Source: Vicugna vicugna | Taxonomy: Eukaryota | DNA: 64,000 nucleotides | Direction of reading: 5' to 3' | Assembly (NCBI GenBank): GCA_013265495.1 | Contig: MU058844.1 | Location: 8,183,260-8,247,259 of the forward strand | Part shown: positions 34,560 through 47,531 of the stretch, one piece after another | How the letters are laid out: each line of letters opens with the position of its first letter | Numbering within the stretch: position 1 is the first letter of the stretch | Position numbers and translations under genes: made by a program | The notes under the pieces: model-generated | Told to the model about the DNA's origin: nothing | Databases searched by the model: none | The model's input: only the letters and a program-made list of their open reading frames with translations

Positions 34560-35110
34560 GCTCATGTCTCTTAAAATAAATTTAAAAATATAAAATTAAT
34601 AACAATAAGGGGACATAAACAAAAATATGACAAGGATGTTTCAAATTATAAGAAAACATTAATCACCATTTTATCCTAATAAACTTTAAATCCTCAAAGG
34701 CATAAATTACTCTCCAGGAAAATAAAATGAATGATTAAAGAAAAAAAATAACATTGAACAGACTAACAGCCACAAAAGCAAAAAAAAAAAGTTGTCCATG
34801 AAATATCTCCTAAAGAGAACCAAGAAGGTTATGTAGATAAATTCATACAAACTCAAGGGACACATACATGTCATATAAAACATTTCTGAGAACATAAAAA
34901 CTTCCCAAATGATTTACAAATACAGCTTAAAAAAGGAAAATCACAATCCAATCTCACTCATGAAAACAACTACAAAAATAAACCACCTGAAAATGGACTC
35001 TAGCAATATATTAATATATTATCCTGTGCTTATTGGTCTTTGTCTCAGGTGCAGTATTCATTTAGTTATAGGAAAATTATTAGTGTAATTCTTTACATCA
35101 ATCTGTGAAG
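34560..35110 (+). mobile_element. Ancient L1 ORF2 remnant
   Basis: aaattcatacaaactcaagg...aaacttcccaaatgattt...aaggaaaatcacaatccaatctcactcatgaa resembles the ORF2 RT region. Confidence 0.55.
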
Positions 35111-35579
35111 ATAGAAAAATAGATGGGGGGGTGTGTGTTTAATGGAGGGTGTCTGTTAAAGACAATAAAGTGAAAACACTTATTTACCTCTGCTCTCTCA
35201 AAAGACTCCAGGGAAACATCAGTAAAGGGGCATAAAAGCTCAAGGGTACTTGCTGAAAGGCCACACTATGCCATGTACTCGTTGCACCTTTCTATCACAG
35301 CATTTTTCATTCATTCAATAGATGTGTCTTAAAATTTCGTCTGCATCAGACAGTGGGTCAGGTGTTCTTAATGTCTCTCCTCCCCCCAGGTAGATTATTA
35401 GCTTCCTAAAACAGGTACCCTGTCATCACAGTCACTATTTCTCACCCTGGTCATATCACTGGGACTCAAAAGTGTAAAAAAAGTGTAAAAAAAAAAAAAA
35501 AAAGGAAGAAAGGAAGAAAGAAAGGAGAAAATGAAAGAAAATTTAGAATCTATTTATTAAAAGAAAGTGCTCAAAGAGA

Positions 35580-35860
35580 TTATCAAGAAATTACAAAACT
35601 CCAATGGAAAACCTGATGACTTCATCCAAATCAGCAGGAATTAATTACATGGGACTGAAAGAACTGATAAATATTATTTATAATTTTATGATTTTTTTCC
35701 TGAAATATTCTGGCCTTGAATCTTTGAAAGATTTCCAGAAAACTGTTCCTCTTACTCTAACATTAACCTAGAGTATGTTGATAAAGTATACCTTTGTAAT
35801 CAAAGATGAAGCCTTTATCTTTTTCCCCTTTACCTGATCCCCCATCATTTGGCTTCTCCA
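35580..35860 (+). mobile_element. ERV1 internal-region fragment (MER4-group-int-like)
   Basis: gaattaattacatgggactgaaagaactgat and aaagtatacctttgt resemble MER4-group internal sequences as I recall them. Confidence 0.4.
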
Positions 35861-37210
35861 GTGGGCTCCCCTGTGGACTTGATGGCTTATTGAAACAAAA
35901 ATACAATTTGTTATACTAATAAAAATTTTTTTAAATAATTCTTAAAAATTTCTTAAAGATTATCAAACAAGATTTTTAACTGAAAACACTGAAAAATGTT
36001 CAAGAACTCAGTGGATCTCAACATCATTTAACTCTTACCGGACAAGGACTCTCTGGGATGGGACCTAGGATGCATACCTGCACAGGCAGCCAGGCTGCAA
36101 GACCTCCAGGTCCCAGCCCAGGCTCTGCTGGCCTAGAACGCCACGACAGCTTTAGCGTTAAGAGCCTCGTACTGCTTTGGATCTTGAAGCCTTAGAAGTT
36201 TCTCTGTGCCTGGGCTTTCAGTGCCGACTCAGGAAAGGTCAAGCCTTCCACCTATTTCCAGTATCACGGGGCTCAAGATGCTTCAGACATCAGCTGGCCC
36301 TCGCCTTCTCCCCTCCTTCTACCTTCAGGCTGCACACTTCACACTGTAGGCTTCCTGGAACATCCTCACAGATGTGCACTCTTATCTGTGACTACACACT
36401 TCCATTGCAGGAAAGAACCCCAACCAAGTCACCATGTCTCCCCTTGCTTCCTGTTTTTCAACAAATAAATACTCCAAAGGAAAAAACATGCTGTTGACTC
36501 AGTGCTTCCTTCTTTGATGACTCTGCCTTAAGCCTGAAAGAGTGGACAAACATCTGCCCAGTGACTGATCACTGGTTATATTGTTTTGACTTAGTTCCTC
36601 CACTTCATTTCCTCCTTAGAGGAACCACAATTAACAGTGAATGGGTTTTGCTGCTATCAGCCCTTCCATAGCTGCATTTTTAGCCTACTTCTTATAAACG
36701 TAAGTATGTATTCTAAATCTAGGTTGATGGAAATACCGTATTTGGCAGAGTTCCTGACTAGTCCAGATTACTATCCCCTATATCACCCTGTTGGTGTCCT
36801 TTACCAGTTATCCATTTGCCTTGCACACAACCCTCCTCCTCTAGTCTCCCAGTGTAGAAATTCTGGACTCATTGTTGATTCTTTCTTCTTTATCCCCTAT
36901 ATTCAATAATATCTCAAGTCTTATCAAAGGAAATAAAGAGGTTAAGTGGCCACAGCATTCCTCTCAGGAAGGTAAGTTTGTTGGGAGTAAGGCTGGTGTT
37001 ATGTAGGTAATGAAAACCAGCATGCTTCGGGACAAAACATTTAAACAGCTCTGTAGTAGAACTGCACAGGCATTTGGAAGAATGAGGATGAGTGAGGTAC
37101 ACAGGACAGAGAAGATGGCCAGCAACGTGACAGAAGGCTAGTCCCTAAGTAGAAAGTTAAAAAGAAACAATCAGTGAACATTTCCTAGAGCAATGATGGC
37201 TGAGGGGCTT

Positions 37211-37902
37211 TTTTTCTTTTTTAAAGTATAGTCAGTTTACAATGTTGTGTCAATTTCTGGTGTACAACACAATGTTTCAGTCTTCCATATACATATTCAT
37301 TTTCATATTCTTTTTCATTATAGGTTACTACAAGATATTGAATATAGTTTCCTGTGCTATCCAGTAGAAACTTGTTGTTTATCTGTTTTATATATATCAA
37401 TTAGTATCTGCAAATCTCTAACTCCAATTTATCCTTCCATACTCCCCTTCCCCTCTGGTAACCATAAGTTTGTTTTCTAAGACTGTAAATCTGTTTCTGT
37501 TTTGTAAATAAGTTCATTTGTGTCATTTTTTTAGCTTCAACATATAAGTGACATCATATGGTATTTTTCTTCCTTTTTCTGGCTTACTTCACTTACTATG
37601 ACCATCTCCAGGTCCATTTATGTTGATGAAAAGGCATTATTTTATTCTTTTTTATGGCCAAGTAGTATTCCATTGTATAAATATAACACATTTTCTTTAT
37701 CCAGTCATCTGTCAGTGGTTGCTTCCATGTCTTGGCTGTTGTAAATAGTGCTGCTGTGAACACTGGGGCACATGTGTCTCATCAAATTAGATTCCCTCTG
37801 GAGATATGGGAGTGGGGTTGCTAGATCATATGTAAGTCTTTTTTTGGTTTTTTAAGGAATTGCCATACATGTTTTCCATAATGGCTGCACCAGACTACAG
37901 TG
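37211..37902 (-). mobile_element. 5'-truncated L1 with a perfect 10-bp TSD
   Basis: TGAGGGGCTT at 37201-37210 and 37903-37912. Reverse ORF2 end plus 3' UTR. Confidence 0.93.
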
Positions 37903-38399
37903 TGAGGGGCTTCTAAAGACAGAAATTTCTAAGGGTCTATTTTAAGTTGTTGCTGTGTTGCATCGTAAAACCCCTCACATCAAACCTTCAAGTCTGCGTA
38001 CACAGTACTAACATCAGCAGGAATCTGGGAAATAAAGAGATCATTTCAGCTAAGCAGGGTCCCAGGGGGTGGAAAACAGACACTATAAGCAGGAGATACA
38101 ATGTGTAAAGAGATGCAGACCTCAGCGAAAACAGAAACTTAAGAGTTGGCAGCGACTAGGGAAATGTGAGCCCTCTATGAATGCCTACAGATAGTAAGGT
38201 CACAGGGAATTCCATCACATGCGGGATGGGAATTCAAGCTAATACTTACATGAATCTCTGAGGATGGATTTGGCCAAGGCTTGAACAACGTGTGTCTTCC
38301 CTGTCGAGCCATCTCCATTTCAACCAACACCACACTCTTCCCAACTCTCCCTGCTCTGCGATTTCTCCTGCCTGATCTGGTGCATCTCACGGTAACAAC

Positions 38400-38620
38400 A
38401 AACCATTAACCATTACTAAGCATCATGACATGACAACCGGACAGGTTAGGACTTTCTATTAGCATCTCCTGTACCATTTGGTACAGTGAAAAATACAGTC
38501 TATTCAGTCAGAGGTAAGAAAATGGAGACTCAGAGAAGTTACCAAATTTGATCAAGACCACACTGCTGCTGAGTGGCAAGGAGAAAAACTGAACTCATCT
38601 TTCTGAGACAGAACCCTACA
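38400..38620 (-). mobile_element. MIR SINE
   Basis: cagaggtaagaaaatggagactcagagaagttaccaaatttgatcaagaccacactgct. Confidence 0.6.
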
Positions 38621-39974
38621 TTCCTTACTGTTCCTGTCCTGTATCCTCATGCTAAGCTGTCTCTTTCTATAGGTGAATGCTGAGCTTCTAACTGCCAATT
38701 TGCCATTGACAGCCCTCCAAAGGAACTTTGGGCACAGTGCAAGCTAAAGCCTCATAAGGAACAATTTTAGTAGATGAATTAATACTCTCCTAGTCATTGA
38801 GTGAACACCTGAGAATATTTATGCATATGTGTGGTTTTTTACACTGGTTGTACAAGGAAAGATACTGCCAAACGACTGTTAGAAATCTTTCTGGGAAGAT
38901 ACTATAAAGTATCTGTGTAGAGATTCACCTGAGAACTCCTCAAAAATGCTTACAACACATTTTAAAATAAAAATTGAGAAAATCCCATTGTTTTCTGCTA
39001 TAAATTCATTACTTCTCAAATTTACTTGATTAATTTGTTTTTTTCTAATCCTGAGATTTGGCTTTGGACAGAAGTAACAGAATAAGTTGAATACTGCAGA
39101 AATTAGAGTAAGGAAAGGAGAAAACACAGGAAATGACCCAGTGGCATCATCATTCACCAGGTAGTTATTTTAATATATTTCTCTAAAAATCAGGTTATTA
39201 AGGTAACTTGAAATCTGTAAAATACTATTGTTTGCATTTAGCTCAGAGGAACACCAAGTGTTTAAACACCCTCACATTTACCTAAATCACTTTATACATT
39301 AACTCCCAGGTTTCTAACCCACAGGCATTAATTCATCCAAGCATTAACTGGAGTTGATATTTACAAGTTATTTATAGTTTATAAATGAGCTTCTCGGCTG
39401 CCATTTATAAAAGGGCATGGCTTCTCTTTGTTACCGGTGCTTGGAAAACCAATTTTTTTTTTAAACTTTTTACATTTCCAACTTTTCACACAGCAAGATT
39501 TTAAAATTATTATTTACAAAGTTTATAATATGTCAATCAAGTACTGGAATTTTGTCAGTACTTGAAAGAGAACTCAGTGCTTATATATTAATCACATCAG
39601 ATAGTTACTAACACAAAGTATCAAGACTTCAATGTCACAGTGCAGTCTCACCATATAAAAGTGCTTTGTATCGTTCTCAGGGATTTTTCCATCAAGAGCA
39701 AAGGAAGTATTCAAAATTTACAATTGGAATCTTATCTCTTCTAAGATAAGTCTTAGACAAGCCATCTGAAGGAGAGAAAGTTACTTTAAATTCTTAGAAC
39801 AGCTTCTTGCTCATTTTATGCAAGAAAATAAAAGCAAGATTAATTATTAAGCAGGGCTCAAGACATTCTTTAAATCAATCTGTTTCAGTACACACCAGAT
39901 CACTGAGACGTACTCTAAAGGTTGAAAAGATGTGATCTGAATTCATTTCCTAAAGCAGAGTTCTTCAAGCAACA

Positions 39975-40220
39975 ATGATGGCAACAGGAATAGTAAACAC
40001 TCAGTTTATACAGCACTTTATCACTAAATTTTCCCATATTCTATTTCACTTAATTGATACACAGCCATGAAAGCAAGTGTGGTATCATCTCCCCTATTTT
40101 ATCAATGATGAAACTGATGTTCAGAGGTTAAGATCAGATGAGGCTTGAGACGGAGAGTATGTGTACAGATCCCAAGTCTTGACACCTAATCCAGGATTCT
40201 TCACTTTACAGCTACACTGC
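39975..40220 (-). mobile_element. MIR SINE
   Basis: cctattttatcaatgatgaaactgatgttcagaggttaag with upstream MIR tail motifs. Confidence 0.65.
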
Positions 40221-40559
40221 CTCCTACAGTGACATCTTATACAGTGATCTGCATTTCTCACATCGAGTTCATGCTAAATGTTCAACAGATTGGAAGCTCT
40301 ACTGGATATATATTTACATCAAATCATTCTAAACTAACCAAAATGACTTTATGATATATTCAGCATTCTGATTGTTAAAATTTATTCTTATTATAAGGGA
40401 TAATACACTTTGAATTTAAATTGCTGTCTGAAAAGAAAATAATTATACCACAGCTTTACCTTCATATTAGCAGTATTAGTTATAGGTCACACACACAACC
40501 TTCTATACTACATTTATAAAATGAACACCATCATAAAAGTTTTTATAAAATTCAAATTT

Positions 40560-41030
40560 ATCATTCCAGATCTGGGATCTCTAACTAGGAATGAAATTCC
40601 ACAAACAGTTTTAAAAGTTACTGTCAAACTATTTTTCAAAGCTATATACCAATTTACACTCATACCCATAATATATAAGAATTCCCACAGATCGATATTA
40701 ACTCTTGGTATCCATATCAACTCTTGGTATTGTCAGTAATATTGGAGAATATTACATATACACCATTATGAATCAATAAGATAGTGCTACGAATCACAAC
40801 AAAGATGAATTTTTAAAACATTGTACTGAGTTTTTAAAAAGCGAATGGCAAAAGGCTTTACAGAGCTCAATACCATTTTTACAAAGTTCAAAACCAGACA
40901 AATGTAGAGAGGTATATACATATATGATAAAACTATTTAAAAAAAACAGCAGAATAATAGACACAAAATTCTGGATGGTGTTTTTTCCAGGTGAAAGTAG
41001 ATATACGGGATTTGGGAGAAATACTTAAAT
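40560..41030 (+). mobile_element. Ancient L1 3' end (L1ME-like)
   Basis: acaacaaagatgaatttttaaaacattgtactgag...ataccatttttacaaagttcaaaaccagacaaa. Confidence 0.6.
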
Positions 41031-41080
41031 TTTTATATTTTACTCTTTTGTAAGCATAAACTAATGTAAAATTTGTATTT

Positions 41081-41238
41081 TTTTTTATTGAAACATAGTG
41101 GATTTACGATCTTGTGTTAGTTTCAGGTGCACAGCACAGTGATTCAGTATTTTTGCAGGTTATACTCCATTATGGGTTATTACATGCTAACTGGTGTAAT
41201 TCCTTGTGCTGCACAGTATATCCTTGGTGCTTAGCTAT
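41081..41238 (-). mobile_element. Short L1 3' end with a perfect 14-bp TSD
   Basis: TAAAATTTGTATTT at 41067-41080 and 41239-41252. Body gtttcaggtgcacagcacagtgattcag. Confidence 0.88.
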
Positions 41239-42056
41239 TAAAATTTGTATTTGTTAAGGTGGCAACAGCACCATACAAATCTTACTACACACCACAGTAA
41301 AATCTTAAAACACTATTTCTGCCAAAATAGTCTAGAATCTTCTAGAGACTCTCAACTAATCCTTTGATATTTCAATCATACTCTTTTGAAGGGCCTCTCT
41401 GGTCATTATCCATGGTAATAACTCCCTGATCCCTCCCTGTCATTGCCCCATTTGTCTATGGGTTTATGTGTTAACTCAGATCTTACTGAGCCACTTCCAC
41501 TGACTTCATGGAATGTTGCTTCCTTCATAAGATATCCAATTTAAGTGTGCATTTTGCATAGCATTTGCATATGATTTTGAGATGTTCACAGAAGATAGCA
41601 AAAGACTTATCAACTTGCTACCAAAGAGCAGAGATGCTAGTAGGCTTAAGTAGAGAGAGACAAGCAATAAGGAGAGATCACTAATAAGTATTTTCTTGGT
41701 TTTGAGAGCAAATCTCATACCCGCAGGAACTGTGATAACAAGCACTGTACAAGTTGGATTTCTGAGCATTAAGTACATTTCCTAACCCATACAGAGCCTC
41801 AAATTGTTCTTCAATGAACTGACTGATGAAAACATTACCAAACCGCTGGCCCCTCAACGTCACTATAAAGAAGGCAAGGCAATTTACATGGAAAACTCTG
41901 TAAACATTCAAGCTCATTTAATCAAATGTTAATATTTTAAAGAGATTTTTATTCATGAGCAAATTGCCAGAGAAGGCAATTATCCAAATGAGGCAACGTT
42001 TATTTCGACTGAGAACCAAAATGAACAAAGCACATCACAACAAATAACAGAGGAAT

Positions 42057-42333
42057 ACCATCAGCCCTCCATATCCCTGGGTTCCACATCTGTGAATTCA
42101 ACCAACTGCAGACTGAAAATACATATATTTTAATTCCAGAAAATCCCAAAAAGCAAAAATTGATTTTGCCTTGCACTAGCAACTACTGACATAACATTCA
42201 TATCATATTAGGTATTTTAAGTAATCTAGAGATGACTGAAAGCATAATAACAGGGGAAGATGTGTGTATATGCAAATACTACATTATACTACATTAGATC
42301 TGAGACCCTAACCCCAGCTGATATCAGGGACTA
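42057..42333 (-). mobile_element. MER2-family (TcMar-Tigger) DNA transposon
   Basis: tcagccctccatatccctgggttccacatctgtgaattcaaccaactgcagactgaaaata...aagtaatctagagatga...tatgcaaatactac. Confidence 0.8.
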
Positions 42334-43770
42334 TTTCTGCTAAGTGTGTCCCAAAGATCACTAGAGGAGGCTCTCATTTGTTTCCTAATAGATTCTCAGT
42401 AAAATTACTGAAACTGCAAGCTCTTCAACTATGTTGAAAATGGGATCAACTTATTTTCAACTTTGAAGGAACATACCTCTATTAAATAAAGTTAAGGCCA
42501 TCTACATACTGTAAGCCATGCCCAAACTGATAGTATGTGGGGTTTGTCATGCATTTTCTTTTTATCCCTGGAAATCAGGATTTTGTTGTAGGAAGAGAAC
42601 CTGAACTGAAAAACACAAGGGGTGTTAAGTAAAATAAAGCTTCTAAAATAGCAATATTTTCATTCTCACAGCTAACACAACGATTCACATTTTCTTCGCA
42701 GGAAAAAAAGGCCCCTGAGGCAAAGGGCCCCGTTAGAGCCACGTGCACAAATCCTCCTGTAACAGTGTGATATTTGGATTGGAAGTTGCCCATCTGTGTG
42801 TACAAGCAGTAGAGCCATCACTTCCACTATGTGGCAGATTCCCTTCAAAAAAAGTAAATGCTGTTAGGCCAAAAGAAAATGCTGTCAAAATCCAAAAAAA
42901 AAAAAATGTCTCCGCAGTCAACAGAGCTGGTGAGTGTTGCTAAATGACTCCCGAAAGCCAAATCTCTCCTGGTCCTCTATCTGCTTGCTTTGTTTATATC
43001 CGATCACTGTTCAGGATACTACTCTGACGCTAATTATTCATAGGTGGGAAGGAGGTCTATGTATTCCTTTGTCTCTTGCTGGGACCAAATCTGGACACAC
43101 TAATACCTGCCAAGGCAGAGAGGCCGCAGCGGTAAGGTGAAATCCTCATGCAGCTTTACCCGCAGGAGGATTGCTCCTAAGCATTCCCAACCTCTTCTTT
43201 TCTTTGAAAAAGAAAAAATGCATGCTTTCTTTAACTCTTTGACAGACTAATAATCCAGCTACTCTGCTAATCAAGGCTTGATCTGTCCTTGGAAGGGTTT
43301 CACAGATCTCAAAGTCCTGCCAGTAAATGGTAAAGCATCAGAGATGGGAAGGACATTGAGGGGCTAGGGTTGTTAATTTTTTTTTTCAATCTTACATGCT
43401 TTTATTAGTAAATACAGAACATGTACTAAGCATTTACCTTAAGAAGTTAGAAAAATAAGACAGAAAAAACCCAGAGAACATATAAGGAAATGATAAAGCT
43501 ATTACTAGGGAGTTTTAGAGATAATTTTACCACATATTCAAAGAACAAGTCATTCTTTTGCTACACAGCTGACTTTGTATGAGCTACCGTATCCCTGCCT
43601 CCCAAACGAGACAAGGGCCCTCTATGTCACTTATGAGCAAGGATGTAAAAGTTGTTTCTTCTATTATGTCATTTTCCTGTGGTAGTTGTTTACTTTCTGT
43701 ATCATAATAAACAAAAAACACACTTTTTTTTAAGAAAAATTAAATTACTAACCAAAAAAAGTAATGGTAC

Positions 43771-44253
43771 TAGAGACAAAAAATGTTGCTGGCCACTTCA
43801 GTAAAGAAAGAATGTTACCTGCCATTCTAGTAAACCAGGAATGTGGTCACCACCAAGCCATCAGCCACTGCAGCTTCCCACAAAGGTTTGCCCTGAGGGG
43901 GGTTTAAAATGGAGAAAAACAGGATGCTGGCCCTACAGAGTTAAGATGCAGATCTAAGGAATAATTTCAATGAGCCTAGACTCTTGCATCTTCTCACATA
44001 CAGGAAACACTAAAATCATGAGCTTGAGATGTCCGTATTTGCGATTAGCAGTCATCTTTTGATGTTCAGCTACATGTTGTTTTGTTTTGTTTTTCAACAA
44101 AAACTCATATACCCTCGCTCCTCCCTTACCTCTTCAGAACTGTTCCTCTGAGCTATCTGAGAGGCTGTCTCCTGGACTACATAGTCCTCAGTAGGGTCCC
44201 CAAATAAAATTTGACTTGAAATTTTTAGGTTGTACGTATTTCTTCAGTCGACA
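43771..44253 (+). mobile_element. ERV1-class solo LTR
   Basis: Near-TSD GTAC/ATAC; ctgagaggctgtctcctgg; AATAAA at about 44203; terminal ttcttcagtcgaca. Confidence 0.75.
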
Positions 44254-44314
44254 ATACATAACACTAAGTTAGTTCTGAGGATAAAGGTAGATCCAATATT
44301 AAATAGGAACGTAT

Positions 44315-44830
44315 CAATTAGGTCTATTTCAGTTACAAGTGACAGAAACCCAACTTAAATTGGTTTACAAAAAAAGAGGAATTTATTTGTTCTTGTAACT
44401 GATGAGACATTCAGACTGGACTGTCAGGATTCTTTGTTTCCAGCTCAAGCTCTGACTTCCCCTCCTCCCCCAGGAATGATGGGAGCTCCCACCAACACCA
44501 GGCTATCTTACTACAACATGCTAAGAAATTTCAGAGGAAAGAAGTTAAAAGTCTCCTTTCCAATAATTCCAACCAAAATGCCAAGAATTGAGTCTTACTT
44601 GATCAATATCGGTTACTTAGCCATCAGTTCATCCCTGTGAGCAAGAGATGGGTCCCTGGTCCATTAAAGCAAGGGGAGCGTGCAGGCAGCCCCTCCTGAT
44701 CTACACAGACTGAGAATATAGGAGGAGAGTTTTCCCAAATGAAACTGCAGACACTATAAGGACAAGAAAAGGGAAATTGATGCTGGAGAAACACAAACAA
44801 TAGATGCCCATCACAATCAACTACTGCTCC
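44315..44830 (-). mobile_element. Old MaLR LTR (MLT1K/L-like)
   Basis: ttcagttacaagtgacagaaacccaacttaaattggttt...gaggaatttatt is the reverse of an MLT1 3' end. Confidence 0.6.
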
Positions 44831-45295
44831 ATACATTAAAAGAACAAAGGGAAAATCGATGTACTGAGCAGCTCAACTTACCTGCCAACGCCTACTGTAT
44901 AATACAGTTCCCAATAATCAGAATTTAAACCGCATTTCAACACTGATGGAGCTGAAGAATTTTCCCCTCAAAGTGACTGCAAGTTGGAATGTTGGCAGGC
45001 ATTCCAAATACAATAGTATACAGATGAATTTTGATTTTTGATTCATAACCTCTATTTCAAGGAAGCTTTGATTTGTGCAAGCTGCTCACAGATAGCACTT
45101 GGAAAATAATTATGCCTCGCATGACACTTTTTTCTGAGATGCTTTCTATAGCTCATTTAACCCATCCTCAAACGTTCCTGCTCATGAGATGAGGGCAATT
45201 GTATCATACTTTGAGCAAATCAAACAGAAGAAAACCCAATTTCCAGGCCATGTAAATTCAGGAGTGCTTTTTCACATTCCAAAATGACACAGCCC

Positions 45296-45559
45296 AGAGG
45301 GTTAGGCATAGCTCAATGGCAGAGCACACACTTAGCATGCATGAGGTCCTGGGTTCAATTCCCAGTACCGCCACTAAAATAAATAAATAAATAAATAAAT
45401 AAATAAAAATAAATAAATAAGGGGGGAGAGTATAGCTCAGTGATAGAGTGATTAGCATGTATAAGGTCCTGAGTTCAATTCCTAATACCTTCATTAAAAA
45501 TGAATAAAATAAGTAAGTAAATATGCCTAATTACCTCCCCCCCAAAACAAACAAAAACC
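45296..45559 (+). mobile_element. Two Vic-1-type SINE heads in one TSD (nested insertion or dimer)
   Basis: Heads at about 45297 and 45421, separated by (TAAA)n, with a single cctaattacctcccc tail. Outer TSD AAAATGACACAGCCC 45281-45295 versus AAGATGATACAGCCC 45560-45574. Confidence 0.88.
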
Positions 45560-46809
45560 AAGATGATACAGCCCTACATGAACTGACTCAGATGAAGTAC
45601 TTCTGAAAAGTACTTCTAGTACAATCCAAATACTTAATTTACAAAGTTTTATTCTACAAACAAATTAGCAAAGCCCACCTATTACTTTAACCGAGGGCCG
45701 TCCACTTCTGATAAAACAAAGTCGCTAAGCCTGATACCCCACGGGTTTTGGTTTTGGTTTTGTAACAGCTTTCTTAACTCGGTGAATTAAACGATTAGTG
45801 AGAAAAATCATTAACAAATTATTTGTTTCTGGGAGCCACCAAGAAAGGAGTGCATTTAAAACAATGCAATTACTCTTTATTATTATTATCTAAGAAAAGC
45901 CTTAATTTCTCAATTTCCTCTCAAGTTAATTCTAATAAACAAAAGGCAGAATAATGGAAATATGAGCAGATGGTATTCCCGTGGGGTATCTCCTGGAAAA
46001 ACAGGTGGACTCCCAGGCATAAATTTCAATCTCCCAATTCTGGTGACATTTTCATTTGTCCCTTTCACAGATGTAACTGTAGGATTTCAGAATGTCCCAA
46101 TGCCGAGAGAACCTGCTCAATGATGGCTCTAGCTCCATCAATCTTTTCTATTTAATGTAGTGCAATTTATTTTCACCTTATTCTCCTAGGAGGGCCAACC
46201 ACTTTCATTGACAAGACACAGGCTGTCTTTTGAAATCAATTAACTTCTGCATCAAAAAACTAGAAATGCATTTTGGAAGACCTCTGAAAATTTAAACAGC
46301 TTTACACATTAATCAATTGGGTCTCCCAGAGAATTTATTATGCCTTTGGCTCTCTCACATGAGAGACCTACATTTCAGAAGTTTTATGTAAAGTTTCCAA
46401 ACCTCTTTTAAAAGAAATGAGCTTTAGACATTTTCTTTTTTACAGATTCTTCTCAACTTAGCAAACAGAAATGAACAATTATTTTTCTAAGTCTGTTCTC
46501 TCCGATTAAAATGACTAAGCCAATCAATATATAAAACACTGGCCAATATATAAAATCAGTTATAAACACTTGTTATAATAACTTTTAAAATTCAACCCTC
46601 CTCTCTGTAAAGCCACATCTGAGGAAATCATTTAAAGGATGTTTACACGTGGTCAGTCTTTTTGCTTTTACAAAGCTTTTTCCAGTATTTAAAAAAAAAA
46701 AATCCCATTTTGTTTTCAGTGAGCAAACTGACCTCACAATATCAAGACTGCAGCAATAAGTGATTTCCTCTTTGTACATTTTGTATTAAAAAATAAACTT
46801 TACTACAAA

Positions 46810-47190
46810 TGTCATATGATATCACTTATATGTGGAATCTGAAAAAAAAATACAAATTCAATTTACAGACCAAAAACAGACTCACGGACACAGGAGATAA
46901 ACTATGGTTACCAAAGGAAAAAGGGCGGGGAGGGATAAATTCGAGGTTGGGGATTAACAGATACACATTACAATATATAAAATAGATAAATGACAAGGAC
47001 CTTCTGTATAGCATAGGGAACTATATTCAATTTGTTATAATAATATATAATGGAAAAGAATCTGAAAAGAAAATACATATATGCACATATATGTATAACT
47101 GAATCACTCTGCTGTACACCAGAAACTAACGTTGTAAATTGATTACATTTAATAAAAATTTTTTAAATAAAAATAAATAAATAAATAAAC
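46810..47190 (+). mobile_element. 5'-truncated L1 3' end
   Basis: catatgatatcacttatatgtggaatct...aactgaatcactctgctgtacaccagaaactaac, then a (TAAA)n tail. Confidence 0.9.
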
Positions 47191-47511
47191 CTTCCACAGT
47201 TAATCTTTGGAGTTACTTGGCTCCTGAGGGTAGGAGAGGAAAAGTGATGAGTAGAAAAGACAGCCTACAGGATGAACTGTATATCTGGTCTGTGCCCCAG
47301 TGCTTCTAAACTGGAATAGAAAAACCAGGGGACTAACAACATATATGTCCCCCACCCTGCTGGCTTAACAGAACAGTGCTCATTCCACAAGGTGTGGAAA
47401 AGACCTGGACAGATAAACCGTCACTATCGCAGGCCTCAAGGACAGCAGGAACAAAAGATCCAGGTGCCTGGAACTTGGGCGTCTAAGGACAAGACAGTAA
47501 CATCTGACATG

Positions 47512-47531
47512 GGACATGTCAGAGCAAGCTG
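47512..47531. promoter_or_regulatory. p53/p63-family response element candidate
   Basis: GGACATGTCA GAGCAAGCTG: two abutting decamers, each 9/10 to RRRCWWGYYY, with both CWWG cores intact. Confidence 0.35.
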
